In this document: piece by piece, positions 41,743-50,822 of the stretch
Layout: each line of letters starts with the position of its first letter
Numbering within the stretch: the first letter of the stretch is position 1
Assembly (NCBI GenBank): GCA_018716085.1
Contig: DVKK01000040.1
Span: 1,107-65,106 of the forward strand
Length of the DNA stretch: 64,000 nt
Direction of reading: 5' to 3'
DNA from: Candidatus Ornithoclostridium excrementipullorum
GTDB lineage: Bacteria; Bacillota; Clostridia; Christensenellales; UBA3700
Position numbers and translations under genes: made by a program
The notes under the pieces: model-generated
The model's database searches: none
The model's input: the letters and a program-made list of their open reading frames with translations, nothing else
What the model was told of the DNA's origin: nothing

Positions 41743-42630
41743 ATGGCAGATTATTTCATTACGACGGAAGCCACGGCGGATTTCCCCGAGAGCCTTTACA
41801 CGGACGGTTTCGCCGTAATACCGATGTCCTACACGGTAAAGGGCGAATTCTATGACGGCGCGGAGAAAAAACTTTCTCCCAAAGAGTTCTACGACGCCTG
41901 CCGCAGCGCGAAAACCGCGGAGGATCTTCCCTCAACCGCGATGGTCACCGCTTATCAGGCGGAAGAATTCTTCCGTCCGATACTCCGAGCAGGGCACGAC
42001 GTGATACACATCGGTTTCGCCTCAGCTCTTTCGGGCACGCTCGAACAGCTGAAAATGGCGGAAAAGACTCTGTCGGAGGAATTTCCCGACCGCAGGATCA
42101 CGGTCATAGATTCCAGATCCGCCTGCTTCATAGAAGGGCTCGCGGCATACTGCGCTCTGCTCCGCCGCGCCGAGGGCGCGGACTACGACGCCTGCGTCGG
42201 GTATATAAACGATATCCTGCCCCATTGCTGCGGATTCTTTACGATAGACGACATACGTCATCTCCAACGTACGGGCAGAGTGAGCAAAGCCGAAGCGTTC
42301 ATCGGCGGCACGCTCAAGATCAAGCCCATACTCACGGTGGACGACGACGGCAGGCTCATACCGTTCGCAAAGGTCATATCCAGAAAAAAAGCCGTGAAGT
42401 TCCTCATGGAAATGATGGAGAAAAAGATGCTGCCCGCGTCCGAACAAAAGCTCGTGGCGATTGGTCATGCGGACGCGCCCGAAGAAGCGGCGGCGCTCGA
42501 AGAAGAGGTGAAAAAGACCTTCGGCGTGGAGAAAACGATAGTATTCGACGTCGGCTCCGTAATAGGCACTCACGTGGGAGCCGGCATGCTGGCGCTGATA
42601 TTCCTCGGGACCGACAGATCGGTACATTGA
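41743..42630 (+). CDS. degV: DegV family fatty-acid-binding protein
   Basis: ORF from 41680. Start moved to MADYFITTEATADFPE (AGGAGA RBS). VIDSRSA block and family-typical length. Confidence 0.85.
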   Translation: MADYFITTEATADFPESLYTDGFAVIPMSYTVKGEFYDGAEKKLSPKEFYDACRSAKTAEDLPSTAMVTAYQAEEFFRPILRAGHDVIHIGFASALSGTLEQLKMAEKTLSEEFPDRRITVIDSRSACFIEGLAAYCALLRRAEGADYDACVGYINDILPHCCGFFTIDDIRHLQRTGRVSKAEAFIGGTLKIKPILTVDDDGRLIPFAKVISRKKAVKFLMEMMEKKMLPASEQKLVAIGHADAPEEAAALEEEVKKTFGVEKTIVFDVGSVIGTHVGAGMLALIFLGTDRSVH

Positions 42631-42652
42631 CGCTTTAACTGCTATCGCACTT

Positions 42653-42680
42653 GCCGCGCCGTCGGGCGCGGCTTTTTCTT
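42653..42680 (+). terminator. Intrinsic terminator of degV
   Basis: GCCGCGCC-GTCG-GGCGCGGC followed by TTTTT. Confidence 0.85.
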
Positions 42681-42734
42681 ACCGCTTATGCCTCAACCGT
42701 TGCGCGAAACGCGTTTTTAAGTTAAGATATATCT

Positions 42735-43469
42735 ATGCAAAAACTTTTGGCGCTTACCAGAAAGGCGATAAACGATTACAAAATGATAACCGACGGCGAC
42801 AGGATCGCCGTAGGAGTCAGCGGAGGCAAGGACAGCACCGCTCTTCTCGCCGTACTCGCGGCATACAGGAAATTCGCTCCCGAAAAGTTTGAATTGGAGG
42901 CGATAAACATCGATCTCGGATTTGCGGACACGGACAGGGAACAGGTACGGGCATTCGCCGAATACTGCGACTCGATATCCGTTCCTCTGACCGTGGTAAA
43001 GACCGATATCGCGGAGATAATATTCGAGCGGCGAAAGGAACAGTCCCCGTGCAGTCTTTGCTCCAAAATGCGGCGCGGCGCTCTCAATTCCGCCGCGATA
43101 GAAAAGGGCTGCAACAAACTCGCGCTTGCCCATCATGCGGACGACGTACTGGACACTTTCCTGCTGTCGCTGATATTCGAGGGCAGACTTTCCACGTTTT
43201 CTCCCGTGAGCCACATGAGCCGTACCGGAGTGACTCTCATACGTCCGTTTATCTATGTGGAAGAAAAATTTCTGTCCGGCATTTGCCGCAGGCTGGACCT
43301 GCCTGTGGTTTTCAATCCCTGCCCCAGCGACAAACATACCAGGCGGGAAGACGTCAAGAAGCTCGTCGAAGCCGCCGAAACGATCTCGCCCGACGCAAAA
43401 AAGCTGATGCTCACGGCTCTGTTCCATCCCGAAAGAAACAACCTCTGGGAAAAACCTTCGTCCGACTGA
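42735..43469 (+). CDS. ttcA: PP-loop ATPase, TtcA-like tRNA 2-thiocytidine synthetase family
   Basis: 244 aa with VGVSGGKDS (PP-loop) and CSLCSKMRRG. Confidence 0.8.
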   Translation: MQKLLALTRKAINDYKMITDGDRIAVGVSGGKDSTALLAVLAAYRKFAPEKFELEAINIDLGFADTDREQVRAFAEYCDSISVPLTVVKTDIAEIIFERRKEQSPCSLCSKMRRGALNSAAIEKGCNKLALAHHADDVLDTFLLSLIFEGRLSTFSPVSHMSRTGVTLIRPFIYVEEKFLSGICRRLDLPVVFNPCPSDKHTRREDVKKLVEAAETISPDAKKLMLTALFHPERNNLWEKPSSD

Positions 43470-43527
43470 CGTTTTTTCGAACGCATTCAAAAAAAACGGA
43501 GCCCGTGTTCGTAAAACGATGAATATC

Positions 43528-43552
43528 CCGCCGCGATCCGCGGCGGTTTTTT
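43528..43552. terminator. Bidirectional terminator (ttcA-like / spoIIID)
   Basis: CCGCCGCG-ATC-CGCGGCGG followed by T6 on the plus strand. Confidence 0.8.
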
Positions 43553-43793
43553 ATCCGCGATACCTGCGCCGAGTGCTCTCCCCTCCGCGAATATGCCTTT
43601 CGGCGAGATTGTTGCCGAGGATCTTCGCCACGTCGGAATACAGATCTTCGTCAAGTCTTTGCAGACGCTTGGTCACATCGGAATGGACCGTGCTTTTCCC
43701 TACGCCGAAAACGGCGGCGCACGCCCTTACGGTACAGCCCGTTTTCAATATGTAACGCGCCTCTTCGAGCGCCCTGATCTCCGCTAGAGTCAA
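43551..43793 (-). CDS. spoIIID: Sporulation transcriptional regulator SpoIIID
   Basis: 80 aa with a TTG start and AGAGGTGG RBS. TVRACAAVFGVGKSTVHSDVTKRL and RHIRGGESTRRRY match B. subtilis SpoIIID blocks. Confidence 0.9.
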   Translation of the reverse strand: MTLAEIRALEEARYILKTGCTVRACAAVFGVGKSTVHSDVTKRLQRLDEDLYSDVAKILGNNLAERHIRGGESTRRRYRG

Positions 43794-43912
43794 TTTTCCA
43801 CCTCTCTACGATAATATTCCGCATAAGCGCCGATATGCGCCGTTTGAGGTCGGATCGGCGGTTTTTCATTGAGCGAACGCTCATATGAGCCGTTTCGCCG
43901 CGCTTTTATGTT

Positions 43913-43958
43913 CATACCGTCATATGTCGATACGCACGGGTGCGCATACCGTCATATG
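43913..43958. repeat. Exact 14-bp direct repeat CATACCGTCATATG x2, 32 bp apart
   Basis: Copies at 43913-43926 and 43945-43958, in the divergent spoIIID / TauE intergenic region. Related sites are CATACGGGCATATA at 43984 and the palindrome GCTCATATGAGC at 43879. Confidence 0.9.
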
Positions 43959-44024
43959 AACGCGACCGCATTTTTTCCGTGATCATACGGGCATATATGG
44001 ATAAGAGCGTGGCAAACTATTGTC

Positions 44025-44399
44025 ATGAAGAAAAAAACCGTATCCCGATTGAAAAAACTGCTCGTCCCCGCCCTTTCGGGTATTGCCGTGGGAGCGGCGA
44101 ACGGACTGTTCGGCGGAGGGGGCGGGATGATAGCCGTCCCCGCCCTGACCGCAAGCGGCGCTTCCGAAAAAAAAGCTCACGCGACCGCCGTCGCAGTGAT
44201 ATTGCCGCTGTCGCTGATAAGCGCGGCGGTCTACCTCGCGAAGGGCACGCTGTCGTGGGAGGCGGCCCTGCCCTCCTGCCTCGGCATCGTCGCAGGCGGA
44301 GTTATAGGAAGTCTTTTACTTAAAAAGATAGATCCCTCTTTGCTGACCAAAGTGTTCTACGTCCTCATGATAGCCGCAGGGATAAAACTCGCGTTGTGA
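44025..44399 (+). CDS. TauE/SafE-family membrane protein, N-terminal half-size unit (4 TM)
   Basis: 124 aa with a G-rich first TM, GLFGGGGGMIAVPAL. Confidence 0.7.
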   Translation: MKKKTVSRLKKLLVPALSGIAVGAANGLFGGGGGMIAVPALTASGASEKKAHATAVAVILPLSLISAAVYLAKGTLSWEAALPSCLGIVAGGVIGSLLLKKIDPSLLTKVFYVLMIAAGIKLAL

Positions 44400-44842
44400 A
44401 ATACGTCGTACTTGCGCTCATAGGACTGGCGGGAGGAATTCTCGGAGGAATGGGATTGGGCGGCGGTACGCTGCTGATACCTCTGATGACTCTGCTGTCC
44501 GACGTCCCGCAAAAGACCGCCGCCGCGATCAACCTTATCGGTTTCGTCCCGATGGCGGCGATAGCGGTGGCGTTCCACGCGAAGAACGGATTGATAGACA
44601 AAAAACTCGTTTTGCCCATCGTCATCCCCGCATCCGCCGTCTGCGCGGTCTTTTCCGCCGTGGCTTGCGACATGGACAACCGTCTGTTGTCGAGATCATT
44701 CGGGATATTTCTGACGGTCCTCGGAGCGATCATGTTGACAAAAGATGCCCTTTCATCGCTCGGGGACAAACTGCGCGTTGCAATGCTTGCGGTGATAAGG
44801 CGCGACCTTCCGTATACCGCGCACAACGCAAAACGAAAATAA
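44396..44842 (+). CDS. TauE/SafE-family membrane protein, C-terminal half-size unit (4 TM)
   Basis: 148 aa with a GTG start overlapping the previous stop (GTGA). GGMGLGGGTLLIPLM mirrors the first half. Confidence 0.65.
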   Translation: MKYVVLALIGLAGGILGGMGLGGGTLLIPLMTLLSDVPQKTAAAINLIGFVPMAAIAVAFHAKNGLIDKKLVLPIVIPASAVCAVFSAVACDMDNRLLSRSFGIFLTVLGAIMLTKDALSSLGDKLRVAMLAVIRRDLPYTAHNAKRK

Positions 44843-45108
44843 CCGAAAACATATCGGATGTTTTCAGGCGGCAGGCGCGTTTTCACGCCTTCTATTCCGA
44901 AAGGATATCGCGGCGCGCGGCACCGACGGGTCGTCCGACTCTCCCCGCGGCGGCGCGCGGCTGCCTCAAAGGCGCTTCGCGCGGTTTCGTACGGTAAAAT
45001 TTTCAGGTGCATTTAATTGCTTTTTCCGCGCGCATTTATTATAATGATTTCGTTATAATAAAATGAACGTATTATAATAAACTAATCAATCTACTAAAAG
45101 GTGGTTAA

Positions 45109-48100
45109 ATGAACACGAAAAGACGACTGTGCCTGACTTTGGTAGCGCTCATGCTGTGCGTGGCTCTCGTATTCGGCGTTGCCGCTTGCGACGATACGAC
45201 CGAAGAGATCCCGAGCGCCGAGACCGACGACGGACTTTTCACCAACGGTACGTTCGGCACCACGACGGGAAGCACTTATCCGCTTACGCCTTCCAACTGG
45301 ACCGGCGCGCCCGGCAGCTCGAGCTCCAGCTCAAGCACCGCCACGCCCAGCGGTTCCGATAATCTGATCGCGGGCGTAATCAGCGTCGATCCCGACGTGT
45401 ACAGCGCGAACAGACGGACCTACGGCAACGTCGGCAACCCTTCCAAACCCGAAGGCGCGGAGGACGACAACATCCTTATGGTCTACAATAAGGTGCCGAC
45501 CGTCTATAAGTACACTTCTTCTTCGATCACGCTCGAACCGTCTTCCTATTACCGTCTTTCGGTATGGGTCTATACCGATATAGACACTTCCGCCGACGGA
45601 TACAGCGAAGAACGCTGCGGCGCTTATATCTACGTCAACGGAGCGGCATACGCCGCGTTCGAGGCGATAGATACCGACAATCAGTGGAGACAGTACACCG
45701 TCTACATCGAAACGTCCGACATTTCCTCGCAGAGCATAACCGTCGTACTGTCGCTGGGCAACGGCACCAGACAGCAGAATTCGATGACCCAGGGATATGC
45801 GTACTTCGACCAGGTCACGCTCGAAAATCTTTCCGACGTGAACGAAGGCGAAGAGGAATTCACTTCCGAAGATTTCGACGCCCTCGAGATCGGCTCCACG
45901 GTTTCCAAATATACGATGAAGATCGGCGACGGCGAATTCGATTATACCACGACCACGTCTTCGCCCTACACCGCTTCCAAATGGACGGGCGTCGCGGGCC
46001 GCGGCAACGGCAGCACCGCTCCCTCGTCCTCTTCCTATGTGAGCAAGGGCATCATTAACGCCGCAAACACTTCGACGATCACCTCGGGAGGCACCGACAC
46101 CCCCGTTACGGTCGCGCCCAATACCGTCGGCACGAAAATGCTGATGATAAACAACAGACGGGCTACGGCTTACGGCTACCGCAGTTCGGCGGCGATGCGC
46201 TTCATCGGAGGCAGCGACAGCTATTACAGAGTATCGGTACAGGTACGCACGACCAACATCACCGGCAACGGCGCAAGGGTCGCCCTGACCGACGGCTCCA
46301 ACGGCAGCGAGCCTTACGCGGAGATATCCGATATAGTCACGAACGGAGAATGGACCACGGTTTCCTTCTATATCCAGGCGAACCAGTTCCGTTCCAGAGA
46401 CATCTATCTCGAACTGTGGCTCGGTGAAGGCGGCGCAGACGATACCGATATGCACGTGACGGGCACGGCGTTCTTCGACGGAGTCAAGCTCGAAGAGATC
46501 ACCGCCGCCGACTACGAGAGCGCTTCCGAAAGCGATACGGTCTGCGTGACCTCGTTCAGAACGGACAGCTCCGCTCTCGACTATACGTCGATGAGCATAG
46601 CCAACTTCGGCAATGCGAGCGGCGACGACTACATCGAGGGACGCACCAACTGGCAGACCGTCGACACTTCTCTTACCGGCGACGACTGGAACAACGCGGT
46701 ATCGTCCGTGTTCCCCGGACTCGAGAATCCCGGCGCTCCCGTGTCCGACGAAGACGCGTCCGTACTCGTTATCAACAACTATCTGCCGTCCTCGTTCCTG
46801 CTCTCGACCGTCTACGACGCCGAGGCCAAGACCTTCACGGTAGCTCCCAACAACTGCTACATCATATCCGTATGGGTCAAGACGCAGGACATCGAATCCG
46901 GCTCCGGCATCGAGCTGTCGCTGTTCAGCTACGACCCAGACGCGAAAGAGGACGAACGTAAGACCGAGCTGTCCTCCTTCACCAATATCAATACCGAGGA
47001 CCTCGAATCTTATCGCAGCGCCAATAACGGCGATTACACCGAATTCAGATTCGTGATCAAGGGCGCCAACGACAAGGCTACCCAGGTCGGACTCGAAGTG
47101 TCTTTCGGCAGCGGCAACTCGCTGTCGCCGTCCACGCACCTGTCCGGTTATGCGTTCCTGTCCACTATCTCGATAGAACATATCGATTACAGCGAATACT
47201 CCTCCGTCTCCACGAGCACGGTGGTCAAATCCGTATCGCTTCTGGGCAGCGCGCAGAATGCGGAGCTCTCCTCCAACGGATACTTCAACTTCATCGACGT
47301 AGCCGCGACCCAGTCGCAGTATGCCGACAGGACCGGTTCCGACGATCAGCCTCTCGAGATCTTCGACGAGAACGGCGATCTGGTCAACTTCCTCGGCGTG
47401 CCGACCGGTTGGACGATAAACAATTCCGACGCGCTCGACAGCGACGAGACCGCGGCGGGCATACTCGACATAACCAACGAAACGCTGCTCGCCAATCATC
47501 CCGAATTCACGGTCGGAGACGACTTCTACTCGTCTATGGACATGATCGGAGTGACCCCCGAGCTGTATCCCAACGTGCTTGCCATACACAGCCCCGACTA
47601 CGTAGTCTACGAGAGTGACGAGATATCTCTCTCCGCCAACACCTACTACCTTGTCGGAGTATGGGTCAAGACCGACGGCAGCAGCACCGTGACCGTTTCG
47701 CTGAACGCCTCTACCGACAGCGAAGCTCTCACTACGTTCACGCCCGCGGATTCCGACTGGCATCATTATCTGTTCTATGTAAGAACGGGCTTTAACTCCG
47801 TAGACGCGACCCTGACTATCGGAGTAGCGTCCGAAGGCGTTACCGGCAGCACGAACACCGCTTACTTCGCGATGGCGAACTATGCGGCGGTCACCGAATC
47901 GGCTTACAACGCCGCCGAAGAGGCTGATACCGACAGCGATTACGTTACCGTAAGATCGTTCGTCGTGGATTCTTTCGACAGCGCTAGCTCCCTTTCCTCC
48001 GTCTCTGCTCCCGACAACTGGACCGGCAGCACCGTAGAAGAAGACGCGAGCACCGAAGAGGACGACTTCGCAGGCGGAGTATTCAACCAGCGCGAAGGCG

Positions 48101-48927
48101 ACTGGGACCGCCTCGGCATCGATCCCGACAGCGCCGAATATGCTGACATCGCGGCAAAACTGCGCGCCGATACAGCGACCGGCGATACCGTACTGGGCGA
48201 CAACGTCCTCGTTATCAACAACAAGATCGCGGGAGCTTACAAGTTCACGTCTTCCGACGTCACTCTGTCCGGCGACACCTATTACAGGATAAGCATATGG
48301 GTGCTCACCTACGGACTTGACGAAGACGACACCGCGACGCTTTCGCTCAAACTGAACAACCTCTCCTACACGTTCGGCAGAGAGGAGCGCACCGAAGATG
48401 ACGATATCGCGCGCAAAGTCAACACCTCGACCTATGCGGACGGAGCGGAAACGGTCGGAGACTGGACCTGCTACACCTTCTACGTTCACACCGAAAAAGA
48501 CGTGACCCCCACCGCCAATATGACCGTGCAGCTCGGATTCGACGGCGCCATGATAGACGGATACGCGTTCTTCGATAACTTCTCGATCGATACGATAACT
48601 CAGGAAGAGTTCGAAGCCGCGACGGGCGACGATATGAGCGTTGCGACCAACTACTCCGTCACCTTCACTCAGGAAGACGCCGACGCGGAAGAAGATACTA
48701 CCGACGAAGGCGGCGACGACACCCCCGCCAATACCGACCTCATCTGGGTATGGATCACGACGGGCATCATCGGCGCGATCCTGATCGTAGTCGTCATTGT
48801 CGTACTCGTCAAGAAGTACACGCACAGCAGACGCTTCACCACCAAGAAGAAGCCGACCGCTCCCGTGAACAGAAGCAACGACAGACGCGGCGACAACGAC
48901 CGCAACAACTCCGGAGACAGGAGATAA
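45109..48927 (+). CDS. 1272-aa cell-surface protein: lipoprotein signal, five CBM-like jelly-roll modules, C-terminal TM anchor
   Basis: AAAGGTGG RBS. Lipobox GVAAC. Five modules each carry (V/M)L(V/M)INN, YYR.S.WV.T, W..Y.FY. and GYAFFD..... blocks. TM helix LIWVWITTGIIGAILIVVVIVVLV plus a basic tail. Confidence 0.85.
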   Translation: MNTKRRLCLTLVALMLCVALVFGVAACDDTTEEIPSAETDDGLFTNGTFGTTTGSTYPLTPSNWTGAPGSSSSSSSTATPSGSDNLIAGVISVDPDVYSANRRTYGNVGNPSKPEGAEDDNILMVYNKVPTVYKYTSSSITLEPSSYYRLSVWVYTDIDTSADGYSEERCGAYIYVNGAAYAAFEAIDTDNQWRQYTVYIETSDISSQSITVVLSLGNGTRQQNSMTQGYAYFDQVTLENLSDVNEGEEEFTSEDFDALEIGSTVSKYTMKIGDGEFDYTTTTSSPYTASKWTGVAGRGNGSTAPSSSSYVSKGIINAANTSTITSGGTDTPVTVAPNTVGTKMLMINNRRATAYGYRSSAAMRFIGGSDSYYRVSVQVRTTNITGNGARVALTDGSNGSEPYAEISDIVTNGEWTTVSFYIQANQFRSRDIYLELWLGEGGADDTDMHVTGTAFFDGVKLEEITAADYESASESDTVCVTSFRTDSSALDYTSMSIANFGNASGDDYIEGRTNWQTVDTSLTGDDWNNAVSSVFPGLENPGAPVSDEDASVLVINNYLPSSFLLSTVYDAEAKTFTVAPNNCYIISVWVKTQDIESGSGIELSLFSYDPDAKEDERKTELSSFTNINTEDLESYRSANNGDYTEFRFVIKGANDKATQVGLEVSFGSGNSLSPSTHLSGYAFLSTISIEHIDYSEYSSVSTSTVVKSVSLLGSAQNAELSSNGYFNFIDVAATQSQYADRTGSDDQPLEIFDENGDLVNFLGVPTGWTINNSDALDSDETAAGILDITNETLLANHPEFTVGDDFYSSMDMIGVTPELYPNVLAIHSPDYVVYESDEISLSANTYYLVGVWVKTDGSSTVTVSLNASTDSEALTTFTPADSDWHHYLFYVRTGFNSVDATLTIGVASEGVTGSTNTAYFAMANYAAVTESAYNAAEEADTDSDYVTVRSFVVDSFDSASSLSSVSAPDNWTGSTVEEDASTEEDDFAGGVFNQREGDWDRLGIDPDSAEYADIAAKLRADTATGDTVLGDNVLVINNKIAGAYKFTSSDVTLSGDTYYRISIWVLTYGLDEDDTATLSLKLNNLSYTFGREERTEDDDIARKVNTSTYADGAETVGDWTCYTFYVHTEKDVTPTANMTVQLGFDGAMIDGYAFFDNFSIDTITQEEFEAATGDDMSVATNYSVTFTQEDADAEEDTTDEGGDDTPANTDLIWVWITTGIIGAILIVVVIVVLVKKYTHSRRFTTKKKPTAPVNRSNDRRGDNDRNNSGDRR
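45229..48597 (+). repeat. Five tandem protein-level modules of about 195-215 aa inside the 1272-aa gene
   Basis: Approximate module boundaries are aa 41-240, 270-463, 495-692, 720-929 and 950-1163, delimited by recurring motif blocks. Confidence 0.7.
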
Positions 48928-48936
48928 CGTAAAATA

Positions 48937-48968
48937 AAAGGACCGCCCGATCGGGCGGTCCTTTTTTC
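48937..48968 (+). terminator. Intrinsic terminator of the 1272-aa gene
   Basis: GGACCGCCC-GATC-GGGCGGTCC followed by T6. Confidence 0.9.
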
Positions 48969-48969
48969 T

Positions 48970-48999
48970 CGCGGGGCGAATCATACTTTCAAACGCGAC
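48970..48999. repeat. Copy B of the dispersed 30-nt element
   Basis: CGCGGGGCGAATCATACTTTCAAACGCGAC; see 23900-23929. Confidence 0.8.
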
Positions 49000-49356
49000 C
49001 GTTGATTGCTTTAAGGCTATGCGTACGCCGCCGACGTTGACGGCAAAACAGGGTAAGCCGCGGCAATGCTCGTTCCGTCAGATACGGACTCCTCTCAGAT
49101 CGTACGATGCCGTTCCGTAACGGGCTGCCGCAAGACCGAAAACGGTTCGGCAGATCGCGCTTATTTTCATAGCGCAACGCCGCGCAAGTCAACGATCCGT
49201 TGCGTTATACTGCGAAACAGGCTATTATATGAGCGGACGATACGTCGATATCGGACAAAACAGGCGTTCCGAAAAATACGCCCATCGAAGCCGCACGGAA
49301 AAGTCCGCCGCACATCCGAAAAACGGAAATAGCCGCGCAGGACGACGGAGGAAAGC

Positions 49357-50307
49357 ATGATATTGAATACAGGCGCAAGGACAGACACTGTGCAATATTT
49401 TTCAGAATGGCTCTTGAAGCGATTCGAAGAAGGATTCGTCTATACCCGCAATCCCCTTTTCCCTCATAAGGTAACGAGATACGAGCTTTCGCCCGCCAAG
49501 ATAGACGCAGTACTGTTCTGCTCGAAAAATTACGCGCCGATCCTTCCTCGGCTCCGCGAAATAACGGACAAATACCGTACCTATTTCCACTACACCATCA
49601 CTGCGTACGGCAAAGATATCGAACCGGGCGTCCCGTCGATAGACGAAAGCATACGCACTCTGTATGAACTCGAAAAGATCGTCGGTAAAAACAGGATATC
49701 GTGGAGATACGATCCGGTACTGCTCACCTCAAACTATACGCCCAAGCGGCACCTCGAAACTTTCGGCTACATGGCGGAAAAGCTCGCGCCGCATATAGAC
49801 AGATGTATTTTCAGTTTTGTGGAAATGTACAAAAAGCTCTCGGTAAATATGCCCGAACTGATACCTATGACCGTGGCGGACAGGACCTTCATAGCGGAGG
49901 GCATGGGCAAGATCGCGGCAAGATACGGAATAAGGCTGCAGACTTGCGGAACGAACGGCGATTATTCACGGTTCGGGATACATTCCTCAGGATGCGTTAC
50001 CGCAGAGATATTAGGAAAAGCCAACGGCTGCGAATTCAGATCGGTCAGGCATAAGGGAATGCGTGAAGGCTGTCATTGCATAGAGAGCCGCGATATCGGC
50101 GCATACGACACCTGTCTGAACGGCTGTAAATACTGCTACGCCAACAAGAGTCCGCAAAAAGCGCGGGACAACTTCATACTCCACGATCCGGATTCGCCTT
50201 TGCTTCTCGGGCATCTCGAAAAGGACGACTCTCTGTCGGACGGCGATCAAAGGAGTTTTTTACGCCCCGACGTGCGACAAATTTCCGTTTTCGACGACCT
50301 GTCGTGA
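49357..50307 (+). CDS. DUF1848 family protein with a C-terminal radical-SAM-like Cys cluster
   Basis: 316 aa. N-terminal block MILNTGARTDTVQYFSEWLLKRF and C-terminal GCHCIESRDIGAYDTCLNGCKYCYA. Confidence 0.75.
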   Translation: MILNTGARTDTVQYFSEWLLKRFEEGFVYTRNPLFPHKVTRYELSPAKIDAVLFCSKNYAPILPRLREITDKYRTYFHYTITAYGKDIEPGVPSIDESIRTLYELEKIVGKNRISWRYDPVLLTSNYTPKRHLETFGYMAEKLAPHIDRCIFSFVEMYKKLSVNMPELIPMTVADRTFIAEGMGKIAARYGIRLQTCGTNGDYSRFGIHSSGCVTAEILGKANGCEFRSVRHKGMREGCHCIESRDIGAYDTCLNGCKYCYANKSPQKARDNFILHDPDSPLLLGHLEKDDSLSDGDQRSFLRPDVRQISVFDDLS

Positions 50308-50381
50308 CCGCTGCGGGAACCCGCGAAAAGAACTTTTCAAAAGCGCTCCTCCTCCGCTGTATCTGCCGACGATCGTTGCCG

Positions 50382-50684
50382 TCACATCTTATCTTTTTCG
50401 ATATACAACGTCTGTCCCAGAAAGACGGCGTTGTTTTCCAGCCCGTTGAGTTCTGCAAGCCGCGCTTCCGTTATCCCGAACGCGCGCGCCACGCTTGACG
50501 CGGTGTCGAACGGTTTGACGGTATAATATATCCCGTCCCTCTTTTTGACTGCGAGTTTCATGCCGCAGAACACTTCTCCCGTGATATTGTTGTCCGCGAC
50601 GAGAGTCGATTCGAGAACGTCGAATTTCCGCGCTATCGACGCCGCCGTATCTCCTTCCTTTACGGTATAAACGCTGTATTTCAT
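50382..50684 (-). CDS. Small protein with two LysM domains and no signal peptide
   Basis: ORF to 50789. Start moved to MKYSVYTVKEGDTAASIARKF (GGAGG RBS). Second LysM is YYTVKPFDTASSVARAFG. Confidence 0.8.
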   Translation of the reverse strand: MKYSVYTVKEGDTAASIARKFDVLESTLVADNNITGEVFCGMKLAVKKRDGIYYTVKPFDTASSVARAFGITEARLAELNGLENNAVFLGQTLYIEKDKM

Positions 50685-50822
50685 AACTTTTTCCTCCGAT
50701 AGATGATATTCCTCTTCTCCCGCGCATATGCGTCGCAAGGTGTGCTTGCCGCGGCGGACAAAAGCGCGTAAACGCACGGAAAAAGGCAATTTAGCCTGAC
50801 GCCCGGCATATAAATCATACGT

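Noticed and set aside
45331-48984. 1217-aa minus-strand ORF
   Set aside because: It is the codon-complement shadow of the 1272-aa surface protein gene. It is Gly/Arg/Val-rich and has no signal sequence or motifs.
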